DNA from: Bacteroidota bacterium
GTDB lineage: Bacteria > Bacteroidota > Bacteroidia > Chitinophagales > Chitinophagaceae
Length of the DNA stretch: 64,000 bases
Direction: 5' to 3'
Assembly: GCA_023433345.1 (NCBI GenBank)
Contig: JAEZDA010000017.1
Span: 34,955 to 98,954, forward strand
Part shown: piece after piece, positions 1 through 8,421 of the stretch
How the letters are laid out: every line of letters begins with the position of its first letter
How positions within the stretch are numbered: the first letter of the stretch is position 1
The notes under the pieces: generated by a model
Seen by the model: only the letters and a program-made list of their open reading frames with translations
Told to the model about the DNA's origin: nothing
The model's database searches: none
Position numbers and translations under genes: made by a program

Positions 1-281
1 AAAGGCCTGTAGTTTGTAAGATTTTTATCTGGAACATGATCGGCAGGCTTTAGGTTTGCGAGTGAAGATATTTGCAGAGAACTCAGCCTGGTGTTCAACA
101 AATCTTCCGGCTTCAGAGAAAGAAACATCTCTGTGTTTGCACTGCAAAACCTTATTATTCCATCTGCGTCCAAAGCTAAAAGGCAGCCATGGCTTTGTAT
201 GGAACCAGGAATGTGAATGGGCTCCTCATCGCAGTTTTGCAGGTCGACGAGTTGCTTGTTTACAATATCCCTTAATAACAT
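1..281 (-). CDS. bphP: Bacteriophytochrome, N-terminal part (continues beyond the left edge; absent from the ORF track)
   Basis: Manual translation from ATG at 281: MLLRDIVNKQLVDLQNCDEEPIHIPGSIQSHGCLLALDADGIIRFCSAN..., open to position 1. C-x-x-EPIHIPGSIQ-x-HG is the bacteriophytochrome N-terminal motif with the biliverdin-attachment Cys. It lies directly downstream of a heme oxygenase. Confidence 0.93.
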   Translation of the reverse strand, partial: MLLRDIVNKQLVDLQNCDEEPIHIPGSIQSHGCLLALDADGIIRFCSANTEMFLSLKPEDLLNTRLSSLQISSLANLKPADHVPDKNLTNYRP

Positions 282-288
282 GATTTGG

Positions 289-891
289 TCAGGAGTTAAA
301 TGATTTTTGTATCTGTAAGAAAGCTTTGTTTGCACCATCTATCACACTCTTTCGCGTGGCGGGTGTTTGCGCGTATTGGTCGAGAACCGCTAAAAATGAT
401 TTCCATTTCCTGCCTGTAGATTCTCCGTAACCGTTGAAGAATTGCGCAGATGTTTCAAATACATGAGGGGGCAAATGGCGCTGAAGGGATTTCAGAATTA
501 CGCGGCCGCCAAGAGTGGAGCCTTCAACAACATAATACCAGCCCATTTGTTCCGCAACATTTAGGAGCTGAACATTATGATACGGTGTGGTATCCGGCAG
601 AACTGAGCCCAGGTTTTTAAGGTCCTGTTCCAACCAGCTGAGTTTGCTTCTTTCCGAAAGGTCGGGCAGAAAATCGGCGATTGAAGGTGCAACTTGTTCT
701 TCCGTGAACAAAATGAGGGAGTACATTTTCTCAAGGTACTCACGGTAATCCATAACCGAAATATCCGGATCAAGCAATTTTTTTGAGAGTGGTGTGTTTT
801 CGAGCGCCGCATGTGCATCTGCGGTAGCTGATTTTAATTCGTTCAGAAAGTCGGCATCAGCCATTGACAAAGATTCTGCAGAAGAATTCAT
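289..891 (-). CDS. bphO: Biliverdin-producing heme oxygenase
   Basis: LKSATADAHAALE (proximal His), YVVEGSTLGG and FFNGYG motifs; adjacent to the phytochrome gene. Confidence 0.92.
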   Translation of the reverse strand: MNSSAESLSMADADFLNELKSATADAHAALENTPLSKKLLDPDISVMDYREYLEKMYSLILFTEEQVAPSIADFLPDLSERSKLSWLEQDLKNLGSVLPDTTPYHNVQLLNVAEQMGWYYVVEGSTLGGRVILKSLQRHLPPHVFETSAQFFNGYGESTGRKWKSFLAVLDQYAQTPATRKSVIDGANKAFLQIQKSFNS

Positions 892-896
892 TCGGT

Positions 897-1331
897 TTAT
901 TGAAAATGAAATTTATATGATGAAGGATCGTTCCAGTTAGTTGCGAGAAGGCCGGACAATACTTTTTCCATTGCCAAAAAGTCTTCCGGTTTACTTACAA
1001 ACATATCCGCTCCAAGGTCTTTGCACCGCAATGCGGTTTCGCGATCGCGGGAAGTGGTAAACACAACAACAGGAGCAGGCTTCTTTTCTGCGCGGTTGCA
1101 AATTCTGTCGAGCACTTCAAAACCATCCATTACCGGCATATTTAAATCTACAAAAATGAGATGCGGGTGTGGAGGAGGAGCTTCTAACAAGTGCAGGAGT
1201 TCAAATCCGTCCCGCGAGGTGTGAAGTTCATGTTCAGTGCCGATTTTTTTAAGGGTTTCTTCGAAAAAAAACAGGTCATCTATATCATCATCCACGTAAA
1301 AGATCGTGAGTTTATCGTCGGTAGTTTTCAT
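897..1331 (-). CDS. Single-domain response regulator (phytochrome-associated Rcp1/BphR-like)
   Basis: Receiver motifs VDDD, DLNMP (phospho-Asp), FTTS and SKP; first gene of the bphO-bphP operon. Confidence 0.88.
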   Translation of the reverse strand: MKTTDDKLTIFYVDDDIDDLFFFEETLKKIGTEHELHTSRDGFELLHLLEAPPPHPHLIFVDLNMPVMDGFEVLDRICNRAEKKPAPVVVFTTSRDRETALRCKDLGADMFVSKPEDFLAMEKVLSGLLATNWNDPSSYKFHFQ

Positions 1332-1465
1332 GTATTCAAGTTTAGACTGTTGCCGGTTCTTCCATAATTAAGCCAAAAGAACTTTTAGGCTGTTACCAGC
1401 CGTAAAATTTGTAAGAAAGGCATCTAATTTAAGAAAGTAATTGCAAATGAGCGTTTTCCGAACAT

Positions 1466-1493
1466 AAAAAAAGCTGTTCGGTTGAACAGCTTT
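1466..1493 (-). terminator. Intrinsic terminator after tsf
   Basis: AAAGCTGTTC-GGTT-GAACAGCTTT perfect 10-bp stem with an A-run at 1466-1472 (U-tract on the minus strand), 20 bp past the tsf stop. Confidence 0.85.
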
Positions 1494-1513
1494 AATTTTT
1501 TATTCGAACTGAA

Positions 1514-2341
1514 TTATCCGAGAGCTACTCTTTTGAATTCAGTCACTTTTAAATCAGCGTTTATGCCTTTGAGGTAGTCACCAACTGATTTGCTGTTATC
1601 TTTTACGAATGCCTGTGCAAGCAAAGTATTTTCTTTAAAGAATTTGTTCACTTTACCCATGGCGATCTTTTCAGCCATATCTGCAGGCTTGCCTTCCGCT
1701 TTTATTTGCTCGATGGCGATGTCTTTTTCACGTGCGATCATTTCAGGTGAGATCGCGCTTTCGTCTATAGCGAGAGGGTTCATTGCAGCGATCTGCATTG
1801 CCACATCCTTGCCTGCTTCTGCGTTTTCTGCGGTCAGACCAACAAGAACACCCATGCGGTTTGCACCGTGGATATAACTTGCTACGTATGGAGCTTCAAC
1901 TCTTTCAAAGCGCGAGATACCGATCTTCTCACCGATTGAAGCGAGTTTATCGTTGATCATATCCACAACCTTTGCTCCGTTGATAGAAACTTCATTAAGT
2001 TCTTCAGCAGATTTCACATTGTTTTCAATTGCAGCATTAGCGATGCTTTCAGCGAAGGCAACAAAGTCTGCATTTTTGCTTACGAAATCAGTTTCGCAAC
2101 TGATGCAAAGAACGATACCGGTTTTGTTGTCTGATGTGGTCTTTGCGAGAACCACACCTTCTTTAGCTTCACGGTCGCTGCGTTTTGCTGCAACTTTCTG
2201 GCCTTGTTTACGCAACCAGTCGATCGCTGCTTCAAAGTCGCCATTACTTTCTGTAAGCGCTTTACGGCAATCGAGCATTCCTGCTCCTGTTGCCTGGCGT
2301 AGTTTATTTATATCTGCTGCTGTTATAGTTGCTGTGCTCAT
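1514..2341 (-). CDS. tsf: Translation elongation factor Ts
   Basis: INKLRQATGAGMLDCRKAL and CETDFVS motifs; start moved to ATG at 2341 (MSTATITAAD); follows rpsB. Confidence 0.97.
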   Translation of the reverse strand: MSTATITAADINKLRQATGAGMLDCRKALTESNGDFEAAIDWLRKQGQKVAAKRSDREAKEGVVLAKTTSDNKTGIVLCISCETDFVSKNADFVAFAESIANAAIENNVKSAEELNEVSINGAKVVDMINDKLASIGEKIGISRFERVEAPYVASYIHGANRMGVLVGLTAENAEAGKDVAMQIAAMNPLAIDESAISPEMIAREKDIAIEQIKAEGKPADMAEKIAMGKVNKFFKENTLLAQAFVKDNSKSVGDYLKGINADLKVTEFKRVALG

Positions 2342-2448
2342 TTCAATTCTGTTTAATGTTATTAAATATGCATTGCTGCATAGCGGTATGCCGGTGCAGT
2401 GAGTGACACAACAATGTTGATGCATGCACCTTGCCGGCGAACCATAAA

Positions 2449-3342
2449 TTATCTTCCTCCACCTGCAGGGCGGCGGCCACCTTGTCCCGCACTTGCCACA
2501 CGACGTTTTGCAGGAGCTCCACCCGGTCCACGGCCTGGTGCACCACGTCTTCCGCGATCTTCACCGCCATCAGCTCTTGATTCGAAGCGAGCCGCTTTTG
2601 CTTCAGCGCTCTCTTCCGTTTCACCCTGGTCTTCATCATCTTTATCTGCCTGGCGTTCCTGTAAACCTTCGGCGATTGCTGCAGCGATATAGTTTACAAC
2701 GATGGCGATGGATTTTGTTGCATCATCATTTGAAGGGATCGCAAAATCAACCTTGTTTGGGTCGCAGTTGGTATCAACCATTCCGAATGTGGTGATGTTA
2801 AGGCGTTTTGCTTCAGACAAAGCGATGTGCTCGTGGCCGATATCAACCATGAACAAGGCTGCAGGCACGCGGCTGATCTGGGAGATACCGCCGAGTACTT
2901 TTTCCATTTTGTCTTTATCACGCGTTAAGGTAAGGCGCTCTTTTTTGGTAAGGCTTTCAGCGCTTCCGTCGTTAAGCATTTTTTCGATGCTCTGCATTTT
3001 CTTCACGCTCTTGCGAACGGTGTTGAAATTAGTAAGCATACCACCAAGCCAGCGCTCGGTAACGAAAGGCATGTTCACTCTTTTCGCTGCTTCCTGAACG
3101 ATCTCTTTCGCCTGCTTTTTTGTAGCAACGAACATGATCTTCTTACCACTGCGTGCGATAGCTTTCAGGGCAGCTGCAGTTTCCTGCATACCTTCAACAG
3201 TTTTGTTGAGGTCGATGATATGAATACCTTTCTTCTCAGCGAAGATGTAAGGAAGCATCTTTGGGTTCCATTTCTTCTTCAGGTGACCGAAGTGAACACC
3301 TGCTTCGAGAAGTTGTTGTTGTAAGGAAGTGTTATTTTCCAT
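2449..3342 (-). CDS. rpsB: 30S ribosomal protein S2 (with a Gly/Arg-rich C-terminal tail)
   Basis: LLEAGVHFGH, WNPKM, RWLGGMLTNF, DTNCDP and NDDA motifs. Confidence 0.98.
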   Translation of the reverse strand: MENNTSLQQQLLEAGVHFGHLKKKWNPKMLPYIFAEKKGIHIIDLNKTVEGMQETAAALKAIARSGKKIMFVATKKQAKEIVQEAAKRVNMPFVTERWLGGMLTNFNTVRKSVKKMQSIEKMLNDGSAESLTKKERLTLTRDKDKMEKVLGGISQISRVPAALFMVDIGHEHIALSEAKRLNITTFGMVDTNCDPNKVDFAIPSNDDATKSIAIVVNYIAAAIAEGLQERQADKDDEDQGETEESAEAKAARFESRADGGEDRGRRGAPGRGPGGAPAKRRVASAGQGGRRPAGGGR

Positions 3343-3453
3343 TTTTTATTTTTGATTTCGCCACCGGTTTTCGTTTATGCTAAACCGTTAGCATGATTTT
3401 TTACAAATGTTTTCAACCATATACCTGCTATCAGGCAGATAAAAGACCTGATA

Positions 3454-3843
3454 TTAACGTTTAGAGAACTGGAAGCTCTTCCTTGCTTTCTTCTGGCCCG
3501 GCTTCTTACGTTCAACCGCGCGGGGATCACGTTTCAGCAAACCTGCAGCTTTAAGGGCAGGGCGAAAATCTGCACTGATCTCAAGCAATGCGCGGGAAAT
3601 ACCAAGCCTTGTAGCTTCTGCCTGGCCTTTAACGCCTCCACCGGTTGCATTGATAACGATATCAAATTTGTCGGCTGATTCGATCGTTTTTAAAGGGGCT
3701 TCAACCTGGTTTTGCAGGTACACCAACGGAAAGTAAGTTTTATAGTCTTTTCCGTTAACGGTGATGTTGCCTGAACCTTTTGAAATGAAAACACGTGTTA
3801 CCGCTTCTTTTCTGCGGCCAACTGCATTTTTTTGCTTTTCCAT
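3454..3843 (-). CDS. rpsI: 30S ribosomal protein S9
   Basis: GRRKEAV, GGGVKGQAEA, RDPRAVERKKPG and C-terminal FQFSKR. Confidence 0.98.
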   Translation of the reverse strand: MEKQKNAVGRRKEAVTRVFISKGSGNITVNGKDYKTYFPLVYLQNQVEAPLKTIESADKFDIVINATGGGVKGQAEATRLGISRALLEISADFRPALKAAGLLKRDPRAVERKKPGQKKARKSFQFSKR

Positions 3844-3887
3844 TTATTAGTATTTGTGCCGCCGGTGGTGCCTTTGGCTCAGTTTAA

Positions 3888-4343
3888 TTATTTGTTTTGA
3901 TTGAATGAAAGTTCTGCTGGCCTTTGTGCACCATGCGGATGCTCGGTGCCGGCATATACAAACAGCTTTTTGTACATCTTACGGCCAAGGCGATTTTTTG
4001 GAAGCATACCTTTCACCGCTCTCTCGATCACCACTTCCGGGCGACGGTTAAGCAGGTTCCTGGCAGATTCACCTTTCTGACCGCCGGGGTAACCACTGTA
4101 GGTCAGGTATTCTTTGTCTTCCATTTTGTTGCCGGTAAATTTTACTTTATCAGCGTTAATAACGATCACGAAATCCCCGCAATCAACGTGGGGCGTGTAG
4201 TAGGCTTTGTTCTTACCGCGAAGAACAGAAGCGATTTTGGCACACATACGACCAACGGTTTGATTAGCACCGTCAACCACGTACCAGTTACGTTTAACGG
4301 TAGCCTCGTTCGCATGTTTAGTTGTGAAATGCAATTTGCTCAT
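3888..4343 (-). CDS. rplM: 50S ribosomal protein L13
   Basis: WYVVDG, LRGKNK, TPHVDCGD, GYPGG and AVKGMLPKN motifs. Confidence 0.98.
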   Translation of the reverse strand: MSKLHFTTKHANEATVKRNWYVVDGANQTVGRMCAKIASVLRGKNKAYYTPHVDCGDFVIVINADKVKFTGNKMEDKEYLTYSGYPGGQKGESARNLLNRRPEVVIERAVKGMLPKNRLGRKMYKKLFVYAGTEHPHGAQRPAELSFNQNK

Positions 4344-4425
4344 TATATATTCTTTTGCTGCTTTTACACAGCGGTTATAAATTACTTCACGCTATCCCGT
4401 GAAGCACCCTTTTAAATCGGGAGCG

Positions 4426-4433
4426 CAAAGGTA
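4426..4433 (-). promoter_or_regulatory. Bacteroidota -7 promoter element (TACCTTTG) of the rplM operon
   Basis: Matches the TAnnTTTG consensus about 80 bp upstream of the rplM start. Confidence 0.7.
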
Positions 4434-4563
4434 GAAGATTGATCTGGAAAGAAAAGCTGGAAAGGCGACTTTTTTATATAGCGCCCTTGTAACATGCTGA
4501 TGTTCAATAAAAAAATTGACGAATTTTTTAGGTCTTCATCAATTTTAATAGAAAATTCAGCAT

Positions 4564-5220
4564 TTAACCCGGCATGCGGGTGATGTATTTCTCAATTTGC
4601 CTGATCTGGTCAACGATCTGCGGAGTGGTGGGTTTATAATCTTTCGCCTTGCGAAAATATTCTTTTGCCGCCCGGAACTCACGCTTGTTCATCATGATCG
4701 AGCAGAGCTGGAGGTAAGCTGCGGCCTTATTTTCTTTATCGGGAAGTCCGGCCTTTATCGCCTGGCGGATGTAAGATTCTGCTTCCTTCATATTTCCTTT
4801 TTGCATCGAGATCATGCCGAGCTGAAGTTTGTTCGGTCCCTCTGCCTGCTTTGTAAGTTGCCCGCCACCCAGGGAAATGCTCTTTTTCATGTGTTTCTCC
4901 GCCGTTTCCAGGTCCTGGTCGGCCATGGCGAGGTTGCCTTTCAGCGTGTAATAAACTGAGCGAACCGGCTTGATGAGCAGGCCGGGAAACATGATCCCGT
5001 CTACGATCTTTTTCGCTTTTTCAAGGTCGCCCTCTTCCATTGCATTTTGAATAAGCCTCATGGGGCCAAGAAGAAAATGGCCGAGGAGCAGGATCACGGC
5101 AATGAAATACAGTATAAATGAGGGCCAGAAACTGGTTTGAACATTTACGAATATCGCTGCGGCAAGAAAGATCAGCCCCAGGTAAAGCCTGTATTTAATT
5201 ACGAATGTCAACCACTTCAT
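4564..5220 (-). CDS. Membrane-anchored tetratricopeptide repeat protein
   Basis: Two N-terminal hydrophobic segments followed by TPR-like helices (LQLGMISMQKGNMKEAESYIRQAI); start taken at ATG 5220. Confidence 0.8.
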   Translation of the reverse strand: MKWLTFVIKYRLYLGLIFLAAAIFVNVQTSFWPSFILYFIAVILLLGHFLLGPMRLIQNAMEEGDLEKAKKIVDGIMFPGLLIKPVRSVYYTLKGNLAMADQDLETAEKHMKKSISLGGGQLTKQAEGPNKLQLGMISMQKGNMKEAESYIRQAIKAGLPDKENKAAAYLQLCSIMMNKREFRAAKEYFRKAKDYKPTTPQIVDQIRQIEKYITRMPG

Positions 5221-5307
5221 GTTCTGCAAAATTTGGAGTGCAAAGATAGGGTGCGGGAGGCATTTAGGGTTGGCAGGGTTCAAACATCACCAGTAATGGA
5301 GCATGCA

Positions 5308-7107
5308 TCAATCAAATGCGTTGCAGCCGATCTTTTTCAGGCGGGAAGCGATTGCGCCTTTATTTCTGCCGAAGTGTTCCGAAAGGTCGGCGATGCTCAT
5401 TCCCTTATAGAACAGAGTTTTCAGTTCAGAATCTGTTTCTGCCGACCATCTTTCGTAAGCGTTCTTATTCTTCCTGCGTTTTTCAATATAACTATAAGAC
5501 GGCGGTTTGTTGCTGGCAGTTTCCTTATCGGAAGCCTTTTTTGTATTTGTATCTGTTTTTTCCAGGAGGCAAATATCTTCAGGCAGGTCTGTTGAAAGCT
5601 GATTTTGTTCATCGAGATAGCACAGTGGAAGTAATGATGCAGGGATGTTTAGTTTTTGCTTTGTTCTTGTAACGGCAACATACAATAGGTTGATTTCTTC
5701 ATTGATCTTTGCGAGAGCCGCAGCTTCGTTCCTGGTTTCATTCATAATATCTTTCTCCGTGATAAAATCATCCGTGAGTGTAACTTCATCGTATTCCATT
5801 CCTTTTGCCCGGTGTACGGTTGAAAAGATCATTTCTGCTGCACTTTTGTTATCATCGCTCACATGCATGTTCTTCAATTGCTGAATGAGAGCCGGAATTT
5901 CGTTGCCGTATTCTTTCACCACTTCCACCATCATACCGAGCTGCATGTCCTCAGTTTTACTGATATATTCTTCCAGTTCTTTCAGGCTATGCATTGATGC
6001 GATGAGCCGGTTGCGTATCTGCGAGCGTTTGCCGGTGTAAAGATTAAGAACATCATAAAGTGATGCGCCCTCATCAGCATAGGTGTATGAATTGATGTTG
6101 CCCTCAAAATAAATCTGTTTAGCATGCCTGTTCTCACGTATAAAAGAAATTGCGCTGATAAGAAGGCCAAGGTTTGTACGCCCGATTGTTGCTCTTGTTT
6201 TAATGGGAGCTTTTTGCCCGCGGCCTTCTATATAAACCGGCTTCCAGTTTTGCAGATGCGATTTCCAATCAAGTATTTTCATTGCGAGGTCTGCGATGTG
6301 CTGGCTGAATCGAAAGGTTGCCGAAAGATCGAAGGCGGGGAAGTCGACTGCTTCCAGAGAATTTATCGCGTGCCTCCAGCCATAGATCTGTTGGTTAGCA
6401 TCGCCCACAATTATTTTCTGTGATTGCTGGTTCAGGAAAACGCTCAGCATGGCCGGTGAGGCATCCTGTCCTTCATCGAACATGATAAAATCGTAGTTGA
6501 GTGTGGGGGCAGAAAGTTGAAACATTTTAAGATAGAAATCGTGAGTGATGTCAATTTCACCCCGATGCATCATCCCCAGTAAAATGCGCGTTGCTTTTTC
6601 TATTTGATGGTAGAAGTTGTTTACAAAAAGGAGCGCTTGTTTGTCTGAAACGGCTTTTCTGTAATCTACGTCCTGCACCCTTGATGCGCTGCTGTTGCAA
6701 AAGCATGTGAGGAATTTCAGAACGTGGGTGGCAAGAATGAATTCGCCATGTTTTTCGCCATTGCCTGAAAGGGAGAGGAGCCGGGCGATATCGTATGAAT
6801 TGTAGCCTGCTGTGGTGATGTTATAATTGCTGCCGCGCGCTATATAATTATAAGCAAGGGAATGAGCGGTTTCCACCCGTACATTTTTCAGATGCAGTTT
6901 TGCAAATCTTTTTTGCGCTTCGTTTTTAACCGAACGATTAAAGGCCAGGTAAAGGATCCGGGAATTGGGGGGACGGGTTGCAGCATAATGAATTACTGTA
7001 GTTGTTTTTCCCGATCCTGCAACAGCGTTGATCCTAATATTGCCGGTAGACCTGATGATGGCATCTTGTTCATCAGTTAATTGCACGGGAAGGCTTTGGA
7101 TTTCCAT
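5308..7107 (-). CDS. UvrD/SF1 DNA helicase with a C-terminal helix-turn-helix-like domain
   Basis: LTDEQ Q-motif, AVAGSGKT Walker A, DEGQD, VGDANQQIYGWR, TVHRAKGMEYD and LLYVAVTR; C-terminal YERWS...HFGRNKGAIASRL. Confidence 0.9.
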   Translation of the reverse strand: MEIQSLPVQLTDEQDAIIRSTGNIRINAVAGSGKTTTVIHYAATRPPNSRILYLAFNRSVKNEAQKRFAKLHLKNVRVETAHSLAYNYIARGSNYNITTAGYNSYDIARLLSLSGNGEKHGEFILATHVLKFLTCFCNSSASRVQDVDYRKAVSDKQALLFVNNFYHQIEKATRILLGMMHRGEIDITHDFYLKMFQLSAPTLNYDFIMFDEGQDASPAMLSVFLNQQSQKIIVGDANQQIYGWRHAINSLEAVDFPAFDLSATFRFSQHIADLAMKILDWKSHLQNWKPVYIEGRGQKAPIKTRATIGRTNLGLLISAISFIRENRHAKQIYFEGNINSYTYADEGASLYDVLNLYTGKRSQIRNRLIASMHSLKELEEYISKTEDMQLGMMVEVVKEYGNEIPALIQQLKNMHVSDDNKSAAEMIFSTVHRAKGMEYDEVTLTDDFITEKDIMNETRNEAAALAKINEEINLLYVAVTRTKQKLNIPASLLPLCYLDEQNQLSTDLPEDICLLEKTDTNTKKASDKETASNKPPSYSYIEKRRKNKNAYERWSAETDSELKTLFYKGMSIADLSEHFGRNKGAIASRLKKIGCNAFD

Positions 7108-7175
7108 TGTGGTAAAGTAAAAGAATCTTTTACGATATCAGGAAGCCATTACCCGTAATTCACGCGAATGGGTGA

Positions 7176-7547
7176 TCAAGTTGTTGCCGGTTGTTTGAGC
7201 ATTCTTTCTTCTATCACTTCCTGGAAAGCCTTTTTTGGAATTGCTCCCTGTTGCAACATTGGAGCGCCTTCCATAGGAATGAAGAGCAGGGTGGGAATGC
7301 TTTGTATGCCGAATGCGGCGGCAAGTTCCTGTTCCTTTTCGGTATCTACTTTATAAATTATCAGGCGTTCTTCATATTCAATAGCCAATTCTTCTAAAAC
7401 GGGGGCGATAGCTTTGCACGGTCCGCACCAGTCTGCGTAAAAATCTATTATTGCAGGCAGATAACCTTTGTATTTCCATTCCTGTTCATTCTTGTAGTCG
7501 AATACAAGGTCGAGGAAACCCTGTGTGGTAAGTTGGATCGTATTCAT
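7176..7547 (-). CDS. trxA: Thioredoxin
   Basis: DFYADWCGPCK active site; IQSIPTL. Confidence 0.93.
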   Translation of the reverse strand: MNTIQLTTQGFLDLVFDYKNEQEWKYKGYLPAIIDFYADWCGPCKAIAPVLEELAIEYEERLIIYKVDTEKEQELAAAFGIQSIPTLLFIPMEGAPMLQQGAIPKKAFQEVIEERMLKQPATT

Positions 7548-7568
7548 TTCGATTGTTTTCAGAATACT

Positions 7569-7584
7569 TGCAAAAACTTGTCCA
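7569..7584 (-). promoter_or_regulatory. Candidate sigma-54 (-24/-12) promoter of the thioredoxin gene
   Basis: TGGACAAGTTTTTGCA has exact GG-N10-GC spacing, 21 bp upstream of the ATG. Confidence 0.4.
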
Positions 7585-7608
7585 GCGTGAATGGCTCACG
7601 AAATAATA

Positions 7609-8064
7609 TCAGAATTTTAAGGTTGTGATTTTGGTACAGGTGTCATCGCAATCGTTTTCGCAGTACCACGCATCTTTAGAATAACGGGGATCGCAGCCTG
7701 TTATGCAGCCCGAGCAAATAACCGTTGTGGAAGGGGAATTTCTGTTTTGTTTTGGAAGAAAGAATTTTTCTCTTCTTTTTCTGAGCAGGATCGCTATTCT
7801 ACTCATTTTATCTTCAGTTTCCGCTAAAAGATAATAATAGGTTTTCGAGCCCTCTATTTCTGCCGATCGGATATAAAATTCCTTAAGAGGAGATCGTATT
7901 CCGTTAGAGGTGAGCAATTCTTTCCATTCGCTTTTCAAATCTTCCATTGCAGCCGTCACTTTCGGCGAGCCGTTTTCGTTTATGCCGACAGGGCGTCGGA
8001 AGGATTGTGCGGGGGAGCAGAAAGTCAGGAGGATGAATAGGATGGTTAAAGGAAATATTTTCAT
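7609..8064 (-). CDS. Hypothetical exported protein with a six-Cys C-terminal segment
   Basis: Signal-peptide-like start MKIFPLTILFILLTFCSPAQ at ATG 8064; C-terminus CSGCITGCDP...YCENDCDDTCTK. Confidence 0.7.
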   Translation of the reverse strand: MKIFPLTILFILLTFCSPAQSFRRPVGINENGSPKVTAAMEDLKSEWKELLTSNGIRSPLKEFYIRSAEIEGSKTYYYLLAETEDKMSRIAILLRKRREKFFLPKQNRNSPSTTVICSGCITGCDPRYSKDAWYCENDCDDTCTKITTLKF

Positions 8065-8153
8065 AATCAATTTGGCAGGTAAGGAATGTGAGGGCAAACT
8101 ATGCAAGCGTGAATATAATTTTTTTTGAGACAGATAACAGGGGTTGGAAGGCC

Positions 8154-8247
8154 CCGGCCAGGGATAGGCGTGGAAAGCTTGCCGCTTGCGGCAACTTTGA
8201 ACAGATAGCCCGGCGACGTGCCCGCTTTAGCGGGCGCGGCGGGCCGC
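8154..8247 (-). ncRNA. Flavo-1-like structured RNA motif
   Basis: Minus strand reads GCGGCCCGCC[hairpin]CCGGGCTATCTGTTCAAAG[TTGCCGC-AA-GCGGCAA]GCTTTCCACGCCTATCCCTGGCCGG. The GGGCTATC...TTTCCAC..CTATCCCT cores and nested stems match my recollection of the Bacteroidota Flavo-1 motif. GC-rich patch in an AT-rich intergenic region. Confidence 0.65.
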
Positions 8248-8421
8248 ATAAATCTTTGGAATTACAATGAGCAATGAAATGTTTTAGGGGAAAATGTAGC
8301 CCCCGATGATAATTTATTGCACCAAATAATAGCAATATTGAAAAAATTATGCTTGATTTTCAATGAGAAATAACACTCCTAGCAACTTTCTGTAACTTTT
8401 AGTCTCTTAATAATTGAAATC

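Noticed and set aside
56..283. 75-aa plus-strand ORF in the track
   Set aside because: It is the antisense shadow of the bacteriophytochrome N-terminus on the minus strand
2342..2425. 28-aa Cys/His-rich N-terminal extension of EF-Ts
   Set aside because: EF-Ts homology begins at ATG 2341; the extension is intergenic sequence read in frame
3377..3394. GCTAA-ACCG-TTAGC as a second SOS box
   Set aside because: The spacer is 4 rather than 5 nt and it lies in a ribosomal operon spacer; an RNA hairpin explains it better
5308..7107. First UvrD-like helicase as part of the island or a defence system
   Set aside because: It is separated from the island by trxA and other genes, has no partner nuclease or mobility signal, and looks host-like in composition
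8296..8313. GTAGCCCCCGATGATAAT as the second att site (compare tRNA end GTAGTCCCGACAGGAAT)
   Set aside because: The similarity is short and needs a gap; it cannot be told from chance without an empty-site genome, so the left island boundary stays approximate
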